Positions 61,069 through 64,000 of a stretch of 64,000 nt of DNA are shown here, piece by piece. Position numbers and translations under genes: made by a program. The notes under the pieces were generated by a model. That model saw only the letters and a list, made by a program, of their open reading frames with translations. It ran no database searches and was not told the DNA's origin. Within the stretch, counting starts at the first letter, position 1, and every line of letters starts with the position of its first letter. Origin of the DNA: Aquificaceae bacterium (lineage in GTDB: Bacteria; Aquificota; Aquificia; Aquificales; Aquificaceae); assembly GCA_037925075.1 (NCBI GenBank), contig JAXSNR010000001.1, positions 512,001-576,000 of the forward strand, written 5' to 3'.

Positions 61069-61643
61069 AGGACTTCCTCCAGTTCTTTCTTAACCCTTTC
61101 CAGCATGGACCTTCTTTCATCATAACTTACATAAGGCACCGAGTAAAGGAAGAGATGTTTTAAAACCTCTATCCCGCAAAACTTAAAAATGCCTATATCT
61201 GTGGTTTTTATGAGGCATTCCTCCATGCCAGAGGGTTTGTATTCAAGCTCACTGGCTCCAAGAGTGTTTATGATCACAGCTTTTTTATCGGAGAGAAGTC
61301 CCACAAGCTCGCCATCTTTCTCTTCGTAAGCAAAACCATAACTAAAAACCCTGTCTATATATCCCTTTAGTATTGCGGGCATTCCTGCCCACCATACGGG
61401 GTATATGAAAACCAAGAGGCTTGATGCCCTTATTATTTCCTGCTCTTTTCTTATGTCCTCTGGCACATTGCCTGAGAGAAAGACCTCAAAGTCCCTTGCG
61501 GACAAAACAGGATTAAATTCAAGATTATAAAGGTCTCTGAGGTTGTAAGCTATTCCTTTATTCTTTAAGGTCTCAAGTACCACCTCCTTTATGGCATTGT
61601 TGAAGCTTTTTTGATTGGGATGGGCATAAATTACGCATACCAT
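61065..61643 (-). CDS. NAD(P)H:quinone oxidoreductase (flavodoxin-2 family)
   Basis: YAHPN..SFN, RDLY...FNP, YPVWWAGMPAILKGYIDRV. Confidence 0.92.
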   Translation of the reverse strand: MVCVIYAHPNQKSFNNAIKEVVLETLKNKGIAYNLRDLYNLEFNPVLSARDFEVFLSGNVPEDIRKEQEIIRASSLLVFIYPVWWAGMPAILKGYIDRVFSYGFAYEEKDGELVGLLSDKKAVIINTLGASELEYKPSGMEECLIKTTDIGIFKFCGIEVLKHLFLYSVPYVSYDERRSMLERVKKELEEVL

Positions 61644-61681
61644 GTTAGACCTCCTTTACTTGGAAGATTGACGAAGGCTAT

Positions 61682-61906
61682 CTACTCCTCCTGAAGCTGA
61701 TAATTCCAGTACTCCACGGCTTCTTTTACAGATTCAAGATTTTTCTTAAGGTCTTCTGTAAGACCTTTCATGAACCTCTCACAGCCTTCCACCGGAGCGT
61801 AGCTTGCGCATTCTTCCGCCTCCTCCGCACAAGCGTAAAGCATCTGACTTAGGCTTTCCAGCCTTTGTAGGTATTCTCTTACTCTTTCCCTGTCAAAATT
61901 TTCCAT
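61682..61906 (-). CDS. Small helical Cys-containing hypothetical protein
   Basis: GGAGG RBS; 74 aa; 3 Cys. Confidence 0.7.
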   Translation of the reverse strand: MENFDRERVREYLQRLESLSQMLYACAEEAEECASYAPVEGCERFMKGLTEDLKKNLESVKEAVEYWNYQLQEE

Positions 61907-61915
61907 AATAGCCTC

Positions 61916-62110
61916 CTACAGCTTTATCTCTATCCTTGAGTTTTCATCGTAGAGGTAAAGCTTTCCTTCCTCTTCGTCCTTTGTCCTTTTGTGTGAACCA
62001 TCGCAGAAGGGAAACTTCTTTGAAAGACCGCACTGGCAAAGGTAGTGGGTTTCCCCACCTGTCTCAAGTTTGTAAGGACCCTTCTCTGTTAGCTTTACAA
62101 GTCTTGCCAT
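61916..62110 (-). CDS. CDGSH iron-sulfur domain protein
   Basis: GPY..LCQCGLSKKFPFCDGSH; GGAGGT RBS. Confidence 0.95.
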   Translation of the reverse strand: MARLVKLTEKGPYKLETGGETHYLCQCGLSKKFPFCDGSHKRTKDEEEGKLYLYDENSRIEIKL

Positions 62111-62111
62111 T

Positions 62112-62534
62112 TTATACCTCCTTTTGTGGTGGATTGTATAAGAAGCCTGTTAGCCCACCCCAAACTATATGAAGCAAAAAGGTGCTGATTTGTGCATTTA
62201 TTGGCATTGGGTTTTGAAACCAGAGGGCTCCTCCAAGACTACCCACGAAGGAAACCACCATAACAAATATGTGCCAAAGCACACCGTAGATTATGCCCTT
62301 TACAAGCCCCGGACCGGGTAGTTTTGTCCATACATAAGGAAGCACCAGAGGTATGGCAAAAAGGGTTGCATCTATCTGGTGCTTTAGCACCCAGCCCCAA
62401 TCCTTTGTGCCGGGAAATATCCCAAAAAGCCCAAACCAGCCCGCATACACCATATCAAGCACCACCATAGCCCACCCACCCATCTGAGACGCAAAGAGAA
62501 AGCTCCAAAAATTTACGTTCCTTATAACACTCAT
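62112..62534 (-). CDS. Hypothetical ~4-TM membrane protein with TM histidines
   Basis: GGAGGTG RBS before ATG 62534; KHQID, LWH, LLHIVWG. Confidence 0.7.
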   Translation of the reverse strand: MSVIRNVNFWSFLFASQMGGWAMVVLDMVYAGWFGLFGIFPGTKDWGWVLKHQIDATLFAIPLVLPYVWTKLPGPGLVKGIIYGVLWHIFVMVVSFVGSLGGALWFQNPMPINAQISTFLLHIVWGGLTGFLYNPPQKEV

Positions 62535-62560
62535 AGCGACACCTCCTGTTTTTTGCTTTG

Positions 62561-62589
62561 AGTTTATACCCATATGTATTTTGTGTCAA
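62561..62589 (-). promoter_or_regulatory. Sigma70 promoter of the redox operon with an internal palindrome
   Basis: TTGACA (62589-62584)-17 nt-TAAACT (62566-62561); ATAC-N6-GTAT at 62566-62579. Confidence 0.65.
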
Positions 62590-62620
62590 GAACGGTCTTT
62601 TTTGTTATATACTATCCTTT

Positions 62621-62983
62621 ATGAAACAAAAGAACAATTCCACAGTATGCCCTGCGGAGATTGCCATACAGATACTAAGCGGTAAATGGAAGCTATACAT
62701 ACTCAAAAACCTTATGGATGGCAAGAAGAGGTTTTCTGAACTTCAGAGGGCAATCCCGGGCATTACCCAGAGGATGCTTTCAAAACAGCTCAGAGAGCTT
62801 GAATCCTGTGGTCTTATAAAAAGAACAGTTTATCCAGTGGTGCCTCCCATGGTGGAGTATGAGCTTACGGAGATTGGCAAAAGCCTTGAGGATATCTTTG
62901 AAGCTATGCATCGCTGGGGACTAAGATACATCGAATTTACATCCACAGATGATATAAACTGTCTAGATAGAACTACAAACTAA
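62621..62983 (+). CDS. HxlR/DUF24 (MarR-like) winged-helix regulator
   Basis: CPAE....LSGKWK, RFSEL, LRELE, VPPMVEYELT; start 62621. Confidence 0.93.
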   Translation: MKQKNNSTVCPAEIAIQILSGKWKLYILKNLMDGKKRFSELQRAIPGITQRMLSKQLRELESCGLIKRTVYPVVPPMVEYELTEIGKSLEDIFEAMHRWGLRYIEFTSTDDINCLDRTTN

Positions 62984-63090
62984 CACCATCATCAAACTTG
63001 AAAAATTAGCATCTGAGAGCTTTACGTTGATTATACAAAAATCCCCTTAGACCATACCCCACACTTCGTAAGTTAAATATATTTAATATC

Positions 63091-63579
63091 ATGAAAACCA
63101 TAAGTAAAGAAGAGTTAAAGGAGCTTTATGACAAGGATTTTCCACTCTGGGCTGAGATTAATCTTGAGCTACTCAGAGAAAAAGCCTACGACCTCGTAGA
63201 TTGGGAAAATCTCTTGGAGGAAATAGAGGATATGGCAAGGTCTGACCTAAAAGCTTGTATAAGCTATTTAGCGGTTATTCTGGAGCACCTTTATAAGTGG
63301 GATAACTTCAAGAGCTTGGCAGGAGGAGAGACAGCAGGAATGTCTTGGATAAAAAGCATAAACAATGCAAGAAGAAAGATATTAGCCATGCTTGATGTTT
63401 ATCCAAGTTTGAGAAATAAACTTCCCAATGAAGTTGGCACCGCATGGAAGTTTGCAAGAAGGGAGCTTGAAGGCTGGCTTGAGGACAACAAGCTCAACCC
63501 AGAAGACTTTTCTATATCAGAAGAATGCCCCTATACCTATGAGACTGCCATGACAAGGGATTTAAGGAAAGAGCTTTGA
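63091..63579 (+). CDS. DUF29 family protein
   Basis: LYDKDFPLW, DWENLLEEIEDM, HLYKW, CPYT. Confidence 0.88.
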   Translation: MKTISKEELKELYDKDFPLWAEINLELLREKAYDLVDWENLLEEIEDMARSDLKACISYLAVILEHLYKWDNFKSLAGGETAGMSWIKSINNARRKILAMLDVYPSLRNKLPNEVGTAWKFARRELEGWLEDNKLNPEDFSISEECPYTYETAMTRDLRKEL

Positions 63580-63645
63580 AATTTTGCAAAAATGTAAGCC
63601 TATATTCAAAGCGTTTTTGCAAAAGTGCAAAAGTTAAAAAGGGGC

Positions 63646-63674
63646 TTGACAAGGAAACTTTTATCTGCTATCAT
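63646..63674 (+). promoter_or_regulatory. Strong sigma70 promoter
   Basis: TTGACA-17 nt-TATCAT with extended TG; AAGGAGG RBS downstream. Confidence 0.7.
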
Positions 63675-63707
63675 ATAGCCATCAAAACCTTTAAGGAGGG
63701 TACCAAC

Positions 63708-64000
63708 ATGAGGAAGAGCTTACTTGCGGTAGCAGCCCTGATGGGTGCAAGTGTATTGCCAGCCAAGGCGGCCATGTTCAGAGTAGACGAGCAAACCTTT
63801 GCCAACATGGGCTACATGTCCCAAATATGGGCACAGAACCTTGGCAAGCAGAATGCTGGAGAAGAATCAAGAACAAACTTTTCCATCAACAACGCAAAGG
63901 TCTACTTCTCTGGGCAGGTAAACAAGATGGTTAAGTTCCATGTGGAGCTTGACGCTTCTCTCGGAATAGGTAGGGATGCAGCAGAGGGACGTACCAGAAT
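63708..64000 (+). CDS. Outer-membrane porin (OprO/P-like), truncated by the window end
   Basis: Hand translation: MRKSLLAVAALMGASVLPAKA signal, then ..QIWAQ..NFSINNAKVYFSGQVNKMVKFHVELD. Confidence 0.65.
   Translation, partial: MRKSLLAVAALMGASVLPAKAAMFRVDEQTFANMGYMSQIWAQNLGKQNAGEESRTNFSINNAKVYFSGQVNKMVKFHVELDASLGIGRDAAEGRTR

Overview
Chromosomal window from a thermophilic Aquificaceae-like bacterium (Hydrogenobacter/Thermocrinis/Aquifex type). This assignment rests on codon and gene style, a short PolA without a 5'-3' exonuclease, archaeal-type AroA'/AroB', CCA-less tRNAs and the CRISPR repeat type. Most of the window is densely packed housekeeping genes: pgk, trpC, pdxJ, rtcB, rpsA, gpsA, fabI, purL, lspA, gatC, recA, cmk, murE, gnd-zwf-pgl, guaB, queA, dut, pnp, rpsO, rnr, flgHI, polA, aroA, plus 3 tRNAs. 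The main accessory element is an AT-rich six-gene operon (13841-22298, minus strand): BcsB-like co-polymerase, small outer-membrane beta-barrel, processive GT2 synthase with an N-terminal tandem MshEN c-di-GMP motif, GT-C-like membrane protein, Tat-exported GH26-like lipoprotein, and a divergent ManC. It reads as a candidate c-di-GMP-gated, synthase-dependent exopolysaccharide (possibly mannan) secretion system that fits neither Bcs nor Nfr. Other notable items: an orphan one-spacer CRISPR mini-array with leader promoter and a 2-TM gene inserted between zwf and pgl; a tRNA-Thr gene overlapping the pnp stop codon; single-base frameshifts in flgI and a diguanylate cyclase; an armless HU/IHF; a TusA-DUF3343 fusion; an HxlR-linked redox operon with a CDGSH protein; and many apparently leaderless genes. 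All calls come from motif recognition by eye; no searches were run.
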